A stretch of 59,325 bases of DNA from Burkholderiales bacterium (GCA_041629335.1 JBFKNN010000002.1:1-59325); one strand, 5' to 3'; shown: positions 39,868-50,601, numbered from the stretch's first letter. Made by a program: numbers and translations. The notes: generated by a model from the letters alone, not told the origin.

Positions 39868-39885
39868 TGTCTCAGCGGGGCGACA
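39868..39885 (-). promoter_or_regulatory. Perfect TGTC-N10-GACA inverted repeat, candidate upstream activator site for the adjacent GlrR-like regulator
   Basis: TGTCTCAGCGGGGCGACA, about 130 bp upstream of the -12 element. An AT-rich stretch (39831..39867) lies in between. Confidence 0.5.
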
Positions 39886-40117
39886 GAGCGACGCTGGGCG
39901 CGCATCGGCAACCCATCGTCAGCCGACGCAAGTCAAGGCGCACGGCAGCGGGGCGCCGCTCGGCCTGCACGCCCGTGCGCTGGCACGGTGTGAAGATGCT
40001 TCCGGACGAGACAGAAAGCGCGCGTTGAACGGCCGTCGGCACAAGCCGTTTGCCCTATCCGGCCGTTTCCAGGGCGGTCGAACGCGCGCAGTTAAATCGG
40101 CCGCGGTGCGGTCCGCT

Positions 40118-41475
<1,358 letters not shown>

Positions 41476-41479
<4 letters not shown>

Positions 41480-41970
41480 CGGGCCGCGCCTCCGCGCTCG
41501 CGCTCGATCAGGCTGCGCTCCAGGGACTTCAACTCATCGAGTTTCCGCTGCAGGCCCTGCACGCTGCCGTCCAGCCGCCGCTGCTCCTGCAGGTAGGTGC
41601 CCATCAGCAGGGCAAGGCTGTGCAGCGCCGCCCGGGAGTTTTTTATCAGCGGCTCGAGCAGCTCGAGCGCCTGCGTGTCATCGTTGACCGCCGTGTTGGG
41701 CACCGACAGCACCATGGCGAGCCGCACGCGGTTGAAATCCGAGCGTCCTCGCGTGTAGGCGCGCCGCGCGGCGTCGTGCTCCCGGCCGAGCTCGGCAGTG
41801 GGCATCCTCTTGATGTGCTGAAAATAGAGCAGCAGGCTCTCGGTATTGGTCGCCGGCTGCGGGCGTTCCGCCTGGACCCAGGGTGCGGGCTCCTGCGTCT
41901 CGAACGGACCCAGCACCCCGCAGCCCGCAAGCGCGAGCGCAACTCCCGTCAATGCGGCGGCCGCTCTCAT
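41476..41970 (-). CDS. Lipoprotein encoded between the kinase and the regulator (same position as QseG/YfhG)
   Basis: Lipobox ALAGC. Helical C-terminal part. Start and stop overlap both neighbouring genes by 4 nt (ATGA). Confidence 0.6.
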
Positions 41971-43421
41971 GCCGCCATGCTTCCCTTGTCGTGCCGGAGC
42001 GGCAGCGTCACGCGCACGCGCGCGCCGCGGCGGCGGCCGTCATCCACCACTGCCGCCGCACCGCCGTGGGCCGCCGCATACTCCCGCACCACCGACAGCC
42101 CGATGCCGGTGCCCTTGACGCGACCACCCTCGGGCTGCGCACCCTGATAGAAAGGATCGAAAACCCGGACGCGATCGGCAGGCGGAATACCCGGCCCTTC
42201 GTCCGCGACGTCCAGCGTGAGCTGCGCGCCGTCGGCGCGCGCCGCTATCGTGATCGTTCCGCCCGGCGGCGAAAACTTGATCGCGTTCGACATCAGATTG
42301 TCCAGCATGACCCGCAGTTTTTCGACATCGGCGGCGAGCGTGCAGTCGTCAGCTTCGACCTTCAGCCCGAGGTTTCTCGCGCGCAGCGCGAGCTTCTGAT
42401 CGGCAGCGACGCTTTCGATTACCTTGTGCACGGAGACCGGCCTGAGCTCCAGCGCGGTCCGGTGGAACCGGCTCGCGCCGTAGCCGAGCAGGTCCTCGAT
42501 CAGCTTCTGCAATTCTATACTGTTGTGGCGCAGGATTTCGGCGATTTCCCGCTGCTCGGCTGTGAGCTTGCCCACCACCTCGTCGGAGAGCAGCTCTGCG
42601 CCCTCGCGCAGCGCCGTGAGCGGCGTCTTCAGCTCGTGCGACATCTGCCGCAGGAAACGGTTTTTCTGCTGCTCGAGATCCGCGAGCCGCTGGCGCATCC
42701 AGTCGAGGCGCTCGCCCAGGACTTGCAGGTCCTCGGGGCCCGTGACGCGCACCGCCGCGTCGAGGTCCCCGCCGCCGAGCCGGCGGATCGCCGCATCGAT
42801 CTCACGGATCGGGCGCGTGATGAGGAGGGTGAAGCCGACCACCAGGAACGCCACCATGGGAACGAGCGCGAGGAGCTGCCAGAAAGTGATCTGCTGCGCC
42901 CGCGCCGCGGTGGCCTGCATCGCGTCCACCTCGCGCTCGATCAGCTGGTTGCTGCGCACGCTCATCGCGCGGGCGCGATCAGCGAGGCTCGCGAAGCCCG
43001 CCACCGCCGAGCGCAGCTGCCTGGGCTTCGCCTTGACGCGCGACAGCACCGCGAAGATCTCGGCCTCCTCGCGCAGGATCGCATCGAGCGCCTGCCGCTG
43101 CTCGCCATCGAAGGGCAGCGTCGCGAACTCGGCCGCCGTCTCAAGAAACTGCTTGCGGTTGAGCACGTAGGTCTCGAGCACCGCCGGATCGTCGAGGATC
43201 ACCATCTGCCGCGCGCTGCGCTCCATCGCCGTGATGAGCTCGGCGAGCCGCCGGCTGCTCTGAATCGCCTGCACCGCCTGGTGGACCGCCTGCTGGCTGC
43301 GATTGGCGAGCTGGTCGATCGAGATGGCGTTGTTGACCAGCGCGAAGATGAGCGGCAGCGCGATCAGCGTGAACCCGACCGCAAGGAGCTTGAGGAACGA
43401 GCGCGGATAGCGGAAGCGCAT
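41967..43421 (-). CDS. Sensor histidine kinase (two TM, HAMP, HisKA, HATPase_c), GlrK/QseE-like
   Basis: H-box SHELKTPLTAL, G-boxes DEGPGIP and GTGIGLSVV. Start at the internal ATG 43421 (MRFRYPRSFLKLLAVGF...). Confidence 0.88.
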   Translation of the reverse strand: MRFRYPRSFLKLLAVGFTLIALPLIFALVNNAISIDQLANRSQQAVHQAVQAIQSSRRLAELITAMERSARQMVILDDPAVLETYVLNRKQFLETAAEFATLPFDGEQRQALDAILREEAEIFAVLSRVKAKPRQLRSAVAGFASLADRARAMSVRSNQLIEREVDAMQATAARAQQITFWQLLALVPMVAFLVVGFTLLITRPIREIDAAIRRLGGGDLDAAVRVTGPEDLQVLGERLDWMRQRLADLEQQKNRFLRQMSHELKTPLTALREGAELLSDEVVGKLTAEQREIAEILRHNSIELQKLIEDLLGYGASRFHRTALELRPVSVHKVIESVAADQKLALRARNLGLKVEADDCTLAADVEKLRVMLDNLMSNAIKFSPPGGTITIAARADGAQLTLDVADEGPGIPPADRVRVFDPFYQGAQPEGGRVKGTGIGLSVVREYAAAHGGAAAVVDDGRRRGARVRVTLPLRHDKGSMAA

Positions 43422-43548
43422 CGCACGAGAGTAGCCCCGAATATCGGACTGTGACAATGGCAGACGTGGCAGGCACAGCCGATGTGTGACCGATGTCACG
43501 CTCCGGCGGGTGAGCCGCATGCCCTGCGCGCGGCGCGCGTGCGGCGCC

Positions 43549-44151
43549 TCAGCTTTCCGCGAGCCTCTGGTTCTTGGTCTCGATGGTCTTGATCAGGCCG
43601 TCGATACCCGAGCGGCTGATCTCGGAGTTGAACGAGCTGCGGTAATTGGTGACGAGGCTCAGGTTCTCGACCACGACGTCGTACACCTTCCACCCGCCGG
43701 AAGTGAGCGTCATGCGGTAGTCGATGGGGATCGGCTTGCGTCCGGACTGCGTCACCAGGGTGCGCACCGTCACATCCTTCTCGCCGGGCTTCAGCTCGAC
43801 CGGCTTCACCTCGACGGTGTACTCGGAGCTGGTGGATTGCGATAGCGCGGTGGTATAGGTGCTCACCAGCAGTGACCGGAACCCGTTCTCCAGCGCCTTG
43901 CGCTGCGCCTCGCTTGCCTGGCGCCAGTGCTTGCCGACCGCGAGTATGGTCATCTCCCGGAAATCGAATTTCGGCAGTACTTTCTTCTCGGCAAGGTCGT
44001 GGAGCGTGCGCTTGTCCTTGCTCTGCTTGATCACCGCCATGACTTCATCGACGGTCTGCCTGACCAGCGCGTCTGGCGGCGTCTCCGCCGCCTGCACGGC
44101 GCATGCGACAAGCAGGCCGGACAGGGTGATGGCGCGCATGAATGTCTTCAT
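43549..44151 (-). CDS. mlaC: MlaC/Ttg2D-family periplasmic phospholipid-binding protein (no other mla genes adjacent)
   Basis: Signal peptide MKTFMRAITLSGLLVACAVQA, then VLPKFDFREMTILAVGKHWRQAS...GWKVYDVVVENLSLVTNYRSSF. Confidence 0.85.
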   Translation of the reverse strand: MKTFMRAITLSGLLVACAVQAAETPPDALVRQTVDEVMAVIKQSKDKRTLHDLAEKKVLPKFDFREMTILAVGKHWRQASEAQRKALENGFRSLLVSTYTTALSQSTSSEYTVEVKPVELKPGEKDVTVRTLVTQSGRKPIPIDYRMTLTSGGWKVYDVVVENLSLVTNYRSSFNSEISRSGIDGLIKTIETKNQRLAES

Positions 44152-44441
44152 CCCGGATTCCTTCGTTCTTTCAGCGAATGCCTGTGTCGCGGCCGATCGC
44201 CGCGCGGCAGCGCGACTTCCGGCACGGGCAGGCACCATGATAACCGTATTGGTTTAGTAAGGCTGGGACGGAGCTTGTTCCCGTCGCCAGTGATCGACCC
44301 CACATCCCGCTGCAGCGCGAATTTGCGAAGGAGAATCAGCCGGTTGCATGCCTGCTGCCGAGCGGCCGGAAGCGCGCTTGTCGCTTCATCCCGACACTTG
44401 ACGCGCCCGGCACGATGAAGCACGCGGCTTCGACCCGATGT

Positions 44442-45434
44442 TCAGTCGGTTTTCCCTGGTGCGCGCGCCAGATCCCGCACCATCGCCGCCAGGGCCATCG
44501 TTACACGCGCAAGGCGCACGTAATCGACCTTGTCCGGCGTATCGCTCGGCGCATGATAATGCGGATAGCGGTACAACGCGGTGTCGGTCACCATCACGGC
44601 CGGCCAGCCCGCTTGCCAGAACGACCAGTGGTCCGACCAGTCCACGCCGGGAATGAACGACGGCGCCGCCACGCCCTCGGACGGAAAAGCCGCGTGGCGT
44701 CGAAACGCGCCGATTGCCTCGTGCAGCAGCCCGCGCGAGGCGAAGTTCGACACGAAGGCGATGAAATTGCCGGTGCTCGGATAGAACAGCCCCAGCGGAA
44801 ACGGATAGCGCTGGCTGCCCGGACGGTCCGAGTAATACCCGATGGTCTCGATCGAGAACATCGCCGCGAAGCGCTCGCCCCGCTCGCGCGCACGCCAGAC
44901 GTAGCGGCGGCTGCCCATCGCGTCGGTCTGAAAGAACGGCGGCTCTTCGTTGACGAACAGCACGAAGCGCAGCGTGCGGGCGGGGCGCGCGTCCTTCAGC
45001 AGCCGCGCCAGCTCCAGCACCGCGGCGACCCCCGAGCCGTTGTCGTTCGCCCCGGGCGCGCCGACGACAGAGTCGTAGTGCGCGCCGACCAGCACGATCT
45101 CGCCCCCCTGCACCGCGCCCTCGACCTCGACCTCGATGTTGCGCACCTCGCCGGTCGCCGCCGGGAAACGCTGCGCCTCGACACGATAGCCGAATCCGGC
45201 GAGCGTGCGCTCGATGTACTGCGCCGCGGCTTCCAGCTCGGAGAAGTTGAAAATGTTGTGCTCACGGCTGCCGATCGCTTCGACGTGACGCCGCAGATCG
45301 TCGGCGAGGCGGGTCTCTTCCGCAGTCAGCGCCGGCGGCGCACCGGAAAAGGATGCGCCCGGCATCTTGACCATGTACCACAGCAGCGCGGCGACCGCGG
45401 CCGCCAGCGTGAGCCAGAACAGCATGCGCAACAT
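44442..45434 (-). CDS. M28-family metallo-aminopeptidase, membrane-anchored
   Basis: LVGAHYDSV and ANDNGSGVAAVLELAR zinc-ligand motifs. N-terminal TM helix. Confidence 0.85.
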   Translation of the reverse strand: MLRMLFWLTLAAAVAALLWYMVKMPGASFSGAPPALTAEETRLADDLRRHVEAIGSREHNIFNFSELEAAAQYIERTLAGFGYRVEAQRFPAATGEVRNIEVEVEGAVQGGEIVLVGAHYDSVVGAPGANDNGSGVAAVLELARLLKDARPARTLRFVLFVNEEPPFFQTDAMGSRRYVWRARERGERFAAMFSIETIGYYSDRPGSQRYPFPLGLFYPSTGNFIAFVSNFASRGLLHEAIGAFRRHAAFPSEGVAAPSFIPGVDWSDHWSFWQAGWPAVMVTDTALYRYPHYHAPSDTPDKVDYVRLARVTMALAAMVRDLARAPGKTD

Positions 45435-45540
45435 TCGAAGAAGCGTGATCCGTTACCGGTGAAGCGTCAAAAGCACCAGGTACTCCCTTGGTCGAATCAC
45501 GGATTGCCGATCACCGGCCACCAGTCACGCGGCTCGACCA

Positions 45541-46605
45541 TTAGCCGAGCGGCGCGATCTTCAGCTCGGCAGCGAGTTTCGCAAGCGCGTCCGCCAGCGC
45601 CGGCGGCAGCGGAATGCCGTTCTTCAGCCGGTCGGCGCGCGCCCTGTGGCTGCCCTCCCCCGGCAGGCGGATCGCATCCACGCCTGGCAGGCGCTTGCCG
45701 CCGCGGATGTCGCGGATCAGCGCGTCGACGCTTTGCTTGAATTCCGCGACCGGCTGGAACGCCGCGATATTGATCGCGACAATGACGTGCCCGGTGTTGG
45801 TCGGCGTCGTGTCATCGGCGTTGAAATCGACCACGTCCCTGCCCATCGCCGCCCCGTTCAGCGTCCCGGCGAGCAGACCGAAGACCAGCGCCAGGCCGTA
45901 TCCCTTGTAGCCGCCGATCGGCAGCAGAAAGCCCTCGTTGGAACGCCGGGGATCGGTAAGTGGCCTGCCCTGGCGGTCGATCATCCAGCCTTCGGGCATC
46001 GTCTCGCCGCGCTGCGCCTTGGTCTTGACCTTGCCGTAGGCCGCAACCGTGGTCGCCATGTCGAGGATGATCGGCGGCTCGTCTCCGGCGGGCAACGCCA
46101 CCGCGATCGGATTGGTCGAGAGCAGCATGTCGATCCCGCCCCACGGCGGCAGGTGGTTGGCGTTGCCGACCGCCAGGTAGAGCCCGATCATGTCGTGCGC
46201 CAGCGGCATGCCGGCGTAGAGCGAGGCCGGGCCGGCGTGATTGCTCCACTTGACGCCGACCCACGCCACGCCCGCGGTCTTTGCCTTCTCGATCGCCTTT
46301 TCGGTGGCGAAGCGCATCACGACGTGGCCCATGCCGTTATCGCCGTCGACGAGCGCCATGCCGGCCGCTTCGCGCGCGACCTTGACCGTGGGCCGCACGT
46401 TGACCGCGCCGCCCTTGATGCGGCGGATATACTGCGGCAGGCGGAAAATGCCGTGGCCTTCCGAGCCCTGCACGTCGGCGCGGGTCATGAGCTCGGCGAT
46501 CACTTTCGCATCGGCGGCGGGCATGTCGACCGCTGCCATGGCGCGGGCGATGAACGCCTCCAGTTTCTGCGTCGATATGCGCAGCGGTATGGCGGTGTCA
46601 GCCAT
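45541..46605 (-). CDS. Ldh_2-family (malate/L-lactate/pyrroline-2-carboxylate reductase type) NAD(P)H oxidoreductase
   Basis: GSEGHGIFRLPQYIRRIKGG and IGGYKGYGLAL. ATG 46605 is preceded by GAGGAGAG. Confidence 0.88.
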   Translation of the reverse strand: MADTAIPLRISTQKLEAFIARAMAAVDMPAADAKVIAELMTRADVQGSEGHGIFRLPQYIRRIKGGAVNVRPTVKVAREAAGMALVDGDNGMGHVVMRFATEKAIEKAKTAGVAWVGVKWSNHAGPASLYAGMPLAHDMIGLYLAVGNANHLPPWGGIDMLLSTNPIAVALPAGDEPPIILDMATTVAAYGKVKTKAQRGETMPEGWMIDRQGRPLTDPRRSNEGFLLPIGGYKGYGLALVFGLLAGTLNGAAMGRDVVDFNADDTTPTNTGHVIVAINIAAFQPVAEFKQSVDALIRDIRGGKRLPGVDAIRLPGEGSHRARADRLKNGIPLPPALADALAKLAAELKIAPLG

Positions 46606-46613
46606 TTCTCTCC

Positions 46614-46662
46614 TCACTTGTCACTTCTCACTCGTCACTCGTCACTCGTCACGCGTCACTCG
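46614..46662. repeat. Seven tandem heptamers (TCACTTG TCACTTC TCACTCG x3 TCACGCG TCACTCG), the complement of the GTGACGA family
   Basis: Read directly. Lies between the stop of the Bug gene (46668) and the Shine-Dalgarno of the Ldh_2 gene. Confidence 0.9.
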
Positions 46663-46667
46663 GAATG

Positions 46668-47645
46668 CTAATCAATCCGCACATCGTTGTCCTTGATGAT
46701 CTTCTCCCAGCGCTTCATCTCGGACAGCACGTAGGCGTTGAACTCGGCGGGCGAAGCGCTCAGGCTGATCGGAATCGCGCGCTTGGCCAGCTGCCCGTCG
46801 GCCTCGAGCTCGTTCATGGCCGCGACGATCTCGGCGTGCAGCCTGGTGACGATCGGCTTGGGGGTACGCGCCGGCGCGAAAATTCCGTTCCAGTTGAGGC
46901 TGCCGATGCCGGGGTAGCCGGCTTCGGCCATTGTCGGCACGTCGGGCAGGTCGGCCAGCCGCTGGTCCGCAGTCACCGCGAACGCCTTGATCTGTCCGGC
47001 GCGCACCGCGCCGATGTTGGACGCGACATTCGACTCGGTGATGTGTATGTCCCCGCGAATGAGCGCGGGCAGTGTCTCGCCCGCCCCTTTCGACGGCAGA
47101 TGCACCATTTTCACGCCCGCCGCCGCAGTGAGCGCGAGCATGTCCAGGTGGGAATACGAGCCCAGCGGCGCCTGGTAGTTGAGCTGTCCCTGGCGCTGCC
47201 GGGCGTAATCGAGCGCCTCCTTGAGGGTCCTCGCCGGAAGCTTCGGGCTGCCGAGTATGAAATTGGGGATCGCCACCAGCTTGGTAACGCCGGTGAGATC
47301 CTTCACCGCGCTCACCTTCATCCGCTTCGCGAACAAAATCGGATTGATCGAGTTGGTGCTGATGTTCCCGACCAGCAGCGTATAGCCGTCGGGCTGAGCC
47401 TGCGCGACGATCTCGACGGCGATGTTGCCGGCGGCGCCGGAGCGGTTGTCGACCACGATCTGCTGGCCGAGGCGCTTTGTGAGCCGGGGCTCGAGCACGC
47501 GCGCGATGATGTCGGTGGCGCCGCCGGGCGCGAACGGGATCACCAGCCGGATCGGCCGGGCCGGGTAGGCTTGCGGCTGCGCGGCATGCGCGGCGGTGCT
47601 CGCGGCGAGCAGCGCGAATACGAGAAAGCGAGTCAGACGAAGCAT
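46668..47645 (-). CDS. Bug-family (TctC-like) substrate-binding protein
   Basis: Signal peptide MLRLTRFLVFALLAASTAAHA, then YPARPIRLVIPFAPGGATD. Start at the internal ATG 47645. Confidence 0.9.
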   Translation of the reverse strand: MLRLTRFLVFALLAASTAAHAAQPQAYPARPIRLVIPFAPGGATDIIARVLEPRLTKRLGQQIVVDNRSGAAGNIAVEIVAQAQPDGYTLLVGNISTNSINPILFAKRMKVSAVKDLTGVTKLVAIPNFILGSPKLPARTLKEALDYARQRQGQLNYQAPLGSYSHLDMLALTAAAGVKMVHLPSKGAGETLPALIRGDIHITESNVASNIGAVRAGQIKAFAVTADQRLADLPDVPTMAEAGYPGIGSLNWNGIFAPARTPKPIVTRLHAEIVAAMNELEADGQLAKRAIPISLSASPAEFNAYVLSEMKRWEKIIKDNDVRID

Positions 47646-47788
47646 GTTGTTATCCTCCCTGTGGTGTTTGAATGCCGGCCTGGCGCATCCGGCCAGCCGG
47701 TCATCTGACGTATTCGATGCTCCTGCTTGCCGGCACACGGGCTCGGAGCCCTCCAACACATTGACCAGGCGCCAGGCCCATCAGCGCG

Positions 47789-48199
47789 TCAGCTGCCGTG
47801 TTCCTCGAGCTCGACCAGCGCGCCGAGAAAGTCCTTCGGGTGCACGAACGCGATGCGTCCGCCGTGGACGTTGTGTTGCGGCTTGCCGCCACCCAGCACC
47901 CGGGCGCCCCTGCCGGCGATCGCTTCACCGGTCGCATCCACGCTGTCGACCGCCAGGCAGAAATGATGGATCCCGCCGCGGGGATTGCGCTCGAGGAATT
48001 TCGAGACCGGCGAATCGGGGCGCGATGGCTCCATCAGCTCGATCTTCGCGTTGCCGAGGTCAACATAGCCCAGGCGAACGCCCTGCTGCTCGTTCACCTT
48101 CACCTCGCCCAGCTCGAGGCCGTAGACGTCCTTCAGGCGCCTTGCAGCGGCATCCAGGCTCGGCACGACGATGGAAATGTGGCTCAATCCGGTGATCAT
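47789..48199 (-). CDS. VOC-superfamily protein, methylmalonyl-CoA epimerase-like
   Basis: LSHISIVVPSLDAA..., IELMEP, GGIHHFCLAVDSVDA. Confidence 0.85.
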   Translation of the reverse strand: MITGLSHISIVVPSLDAAARRLKDVYGLELGEVKVNEQQGVRLGYVDLGNAKIELMEPSRPDSPVSKFLERNPRGGIHHFCLAVDSVDATGEAIAGRGARVLGGGKPQHNVHGGRIAFVHPKDFLGALVELEEHGS

Positions 48200-48233
48200 G
48201 AGACTGCCTCGTCGGTTGGCGGCCGGTTGCGGG

Positions 48234-49208
48234 TCAGTCCAGCCGCACGTTGTTGTCCTTGACGATCTTCACCCAGCGGTTCATCTCGGCCTGCACGAAA
48301 GCGTTGAACTCGGCTGGCGACGCGCTCACCGCGAGCGGCACCAGGCGCTTCGCGTACGTTTCCTTGAGCTCCGGCTCGCCCAGGACCTCGACGATGGTCG
48401 CATGCAGTTTGCCGATGATGGCGCGCGGCGTCTTCGCGGGGGCGAACAGCCCGACCCAGTTGATGCTGCCCACGCCCTTCAACCCCACCTCGGCGAAAGT
48501 CGGCACAGCCGCCAGTTCCGGGATGCGGGCATCGGCGGCGACCGCGTGGGCCTTGAGCTGCCCCGAGCGGATCAGTCCGATCACGGAGGCGACGGTCGTG
48601 TTCGAGACGTGCGCCTCGCCGCGCAGGAGCGAGGGGATCGTCTCTCCCGCGCCTTTCGACGGCAGGTGCACCATGTTCACGCCCGTGGCCGCCAGCAGCG
48701 CAAGCATGTCGAGGTGCGGATGGCCGCCAAGCGGTGCCGTGTAGTTCAGCTGCCCCGGCCTCGCCTTCGCATAGGCGATCAACTCGTCGAACGTGTTCGG
48801 CGGCAGCTTGGCACTGGTGATCAACACGTGGGGAATGGCGGCGAGGAGCGAGATTCCGGTGAGCTCCTTCACCGCATCGACCTTGATGCGGCCCGCGTAC
48901 AGCACCGGCACGAGCGCGCTCGAGGTATTGTTGCCCACGAGCAGCGTGTGCCCGTCCGGCTGCGCGCGCGCCGCGATTTCGAGCGCGATGCCGCCGGAGG
49001 CGCCGGGCCGGTTGTCGACCACGACCTGCTGGCCGAGCTTCTCGGTCAGCTTGGGGCCGACCAGCCGGGCGACGATATCGTTGGCGCCGCCCGGCGGGAA
49101 CGGGACGAGAAACCGGATCGGCCGGTTAGGGTAGTTTTGCGCGGCCGACGGTGTCGCCGCCAGGCCGGCCAGGGCCGCGGCCAGAAGCGATACGGCTATT
49201 CCTTTCAT
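48234..49208 (-). CDS. Bug-family (TctC-like) substrate-binding protein
   Basis: Signal peptide, then NYPNRPIRFLVPFPPGGAND. Confidence 0.9.
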   Translation of the reverse strand: MKGIAVSLLAAALAGLAATPSAAQNYPNRPIRFLVPFPPGGANDIVARLVGPKLTEKLGQQVVVDNRPGASGGIALEIAARAQPDGHTLLVGNNTSSALVPVLYAGRIKVDAVKELTGISLLAAIPHVLITSAKLPPNTFDELIAYAKARPGQLNYTAPLGGHPHLDMLALLAATGVNMVHLPSKGAGETIPSLLRGEAHVSNTTVASVIGLIRSGQLKAHAVAADARIPELAAVPTFAEVGLKGVGSINWVGLFAPAKTPRAIIGKLHATIVEVLGEPELKETYAKRLVPLAVSASPAEFNAFVQAEMNRWVKIVKDNNVRLD

Positions 49209-49229
49209 GTGCTCCCCTTTGTGACCGGC

Positions 49230-50465
49230 TTACGCGACCCCGCCCGGGCGTGGCGCGACGGCCAGCGGAATCAGGCTGCGCGCGCCGAAGCGGCGCACTG
49301 CCTCGTCGCGGCTTTTCAGGCATGCCTCACGCAATTCGAGGTAGGCGCGTCCCGCGGCCGTCTCATGCCAGAACCACCGGTTCGCATCGAGCGCGGCGCC
49401 CGCGCCCGGCTGCGCCGTCACTGCTTCCAGATAATAAGCCTTTAGGTCCTGGGTGGCGAGGCGCAGCGCCAGCACCACCTCCAGTGCCTGGTTGTAGCTC
49501 GGCGTGGCGGGGTCGGCGATGAAATCGGTGATGAATTTTGCGGCCGCAGCGGGCGCAAGACCGCTCAGCGTGGCGGTCGTGCGCTCGCGCCGGTTGCGCG
49601 CCAGCTCGTACCAAGGCGCAAGCTCAGCCACTTCTTTCCCGACCGCCGCGGCGAGCCCGTCGCCGGCGACCGGGCGGCTGAAGCTCACCGGGCAGGCGAA
49701 CCCTTGCACCTCCTCGGGCGCAACGGCGGGCGCGTCTTCCGGATAGTCCTCGAGCACGGGACCGGCCGGCGCTTCGAGCAGTCTCAATGCCGCGAGCACG
49801 ACCCGCCGCTGGAAGGCAGCGTCGCCCGGAACGCCCAGCGGGCGTCCAAGTATGAAAGGCACCCACAAGGTGCGCGGCGGCATGATCGCTTCGCTGTGCT
49901 CGCGCACGAGCGAGATCTGTGTTGTCGCGATGCCCTCCTGCTCAAGCCACTTCGCCAGCGCACCCACGGTGCACGTGCAGCGTGGTCAGACCGGCGTCAG
50001 CAATACCGCATCGACCCTGTCGCGCTTGAGCATTCCGGCCATGCGGCGCGCGGTGGGCTCGAGGCCCGGCACGCGCGCGGCACCCATTACCGCATAGTGG
50101 AAATCCGCGAGCGAGCCCACCGCGCCCTCGGCCGCGAGCTCGCGCATGCGGTCGATGGGAAACACGACGTTGGCGTCCTGCTGGAATCCGGTGCGGTCGA
50201 AATTGGACGAGAGATGGCTCATCACGAGCTCCTCCGCGCGCGCGTCGCCCGGGATCACGCGATAGTCGTTCGCCGCCGCGCCGTCGGCGTAAGGCGGATC
50301 GCTTGCGCGGTGGATTCCCGCGGTAGTCACGAGCGCCACGCGCCGGCGGTTGAGCGGAAGCCCCGAGACCCAGGGCGAGCCCGTGAGATTGAAGCCCGGA
50401 ATTTCCTTCAACATGTCGAGCAGCAGCTCGCGCTCCCATTGGCCGAGATCGGCGAGACGCGCCAT
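49230..50465 (-). CDS. GrdB/PrdB-family (glycine/betaine/sarcosine/D-proline reductase protein B-like) protein with an in-frame TGA at 49986..49988. Either a candidate selenoprotein (411 aa if read through) or a disrupted gene.
   Basis: ORFs 49986..50465 and 49230..49967 share a frame and are separated only by TGA plus 6 sense codons. The junction reads LLTPV-TGA-PRCTC. See finding. Confidence 0.6.
49958..49981 (-). other. GC-rich imperfect hairpin starting 7 nt after the in-frame TGA (SECIS candidate)
   Basis: mRNA GCUGCACGUGCACCGUGGGUGCGC. Hand-folded either as GC(U)GCAC/GUGCGC with a bulged U, or as GUGCACC/GGUGCGC with a GUG loop. Not validated computationally. Confidence 0.3.
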
Positions 50466-50601
50466 GAAAGAACCTCCTCAGATTGTGGTCCGGCGCGCGG
50501 GCGCGCCGAGCGGCTTATCGCCGCAAATCTGCTCCATCCGCGCGGGCGCGACAAGAGCCCATCCCGGCATTGCTGCCATGCCGCCAGGCTATGCCCGGCA
50601 A

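Noticed and set aside
39971-39986. TGGCACGGTGTGAAGA on the plus strand downstream of the regulator gene
   Set aside because: It has a good -24 half, but the -12 position reads GAAGA rather than TTGC. No gene follows it on the plus strand.
43486-43499. Palindrome GTGACCGATGTCAC upstream of the histidine kinase gene as an operator
   Set aside because: It is a single 5-bp-arm palindrome with no second copy or known cognate regulator. The evidence is insufficient.
41883-45740. Plus-strand ORFs of 523 aa and 441 aa
   Set aside because: They are antisense to the histidine kinase and to the mlaC/M28 peptidase genes. They have no motifs and the artefactual composition.
49230-49967. Treating the ORF downstream of the TGA as an independent 245-aa gene
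   Set aside because: It has no ATG and no ribosome-binding site, and the frame is continuous with the upstream ORF. The GrdB-type U-x-x-C junction spans the stop. A split pseudogene cannot be excluded and is listed as the refutation of the selenoprotein finding.
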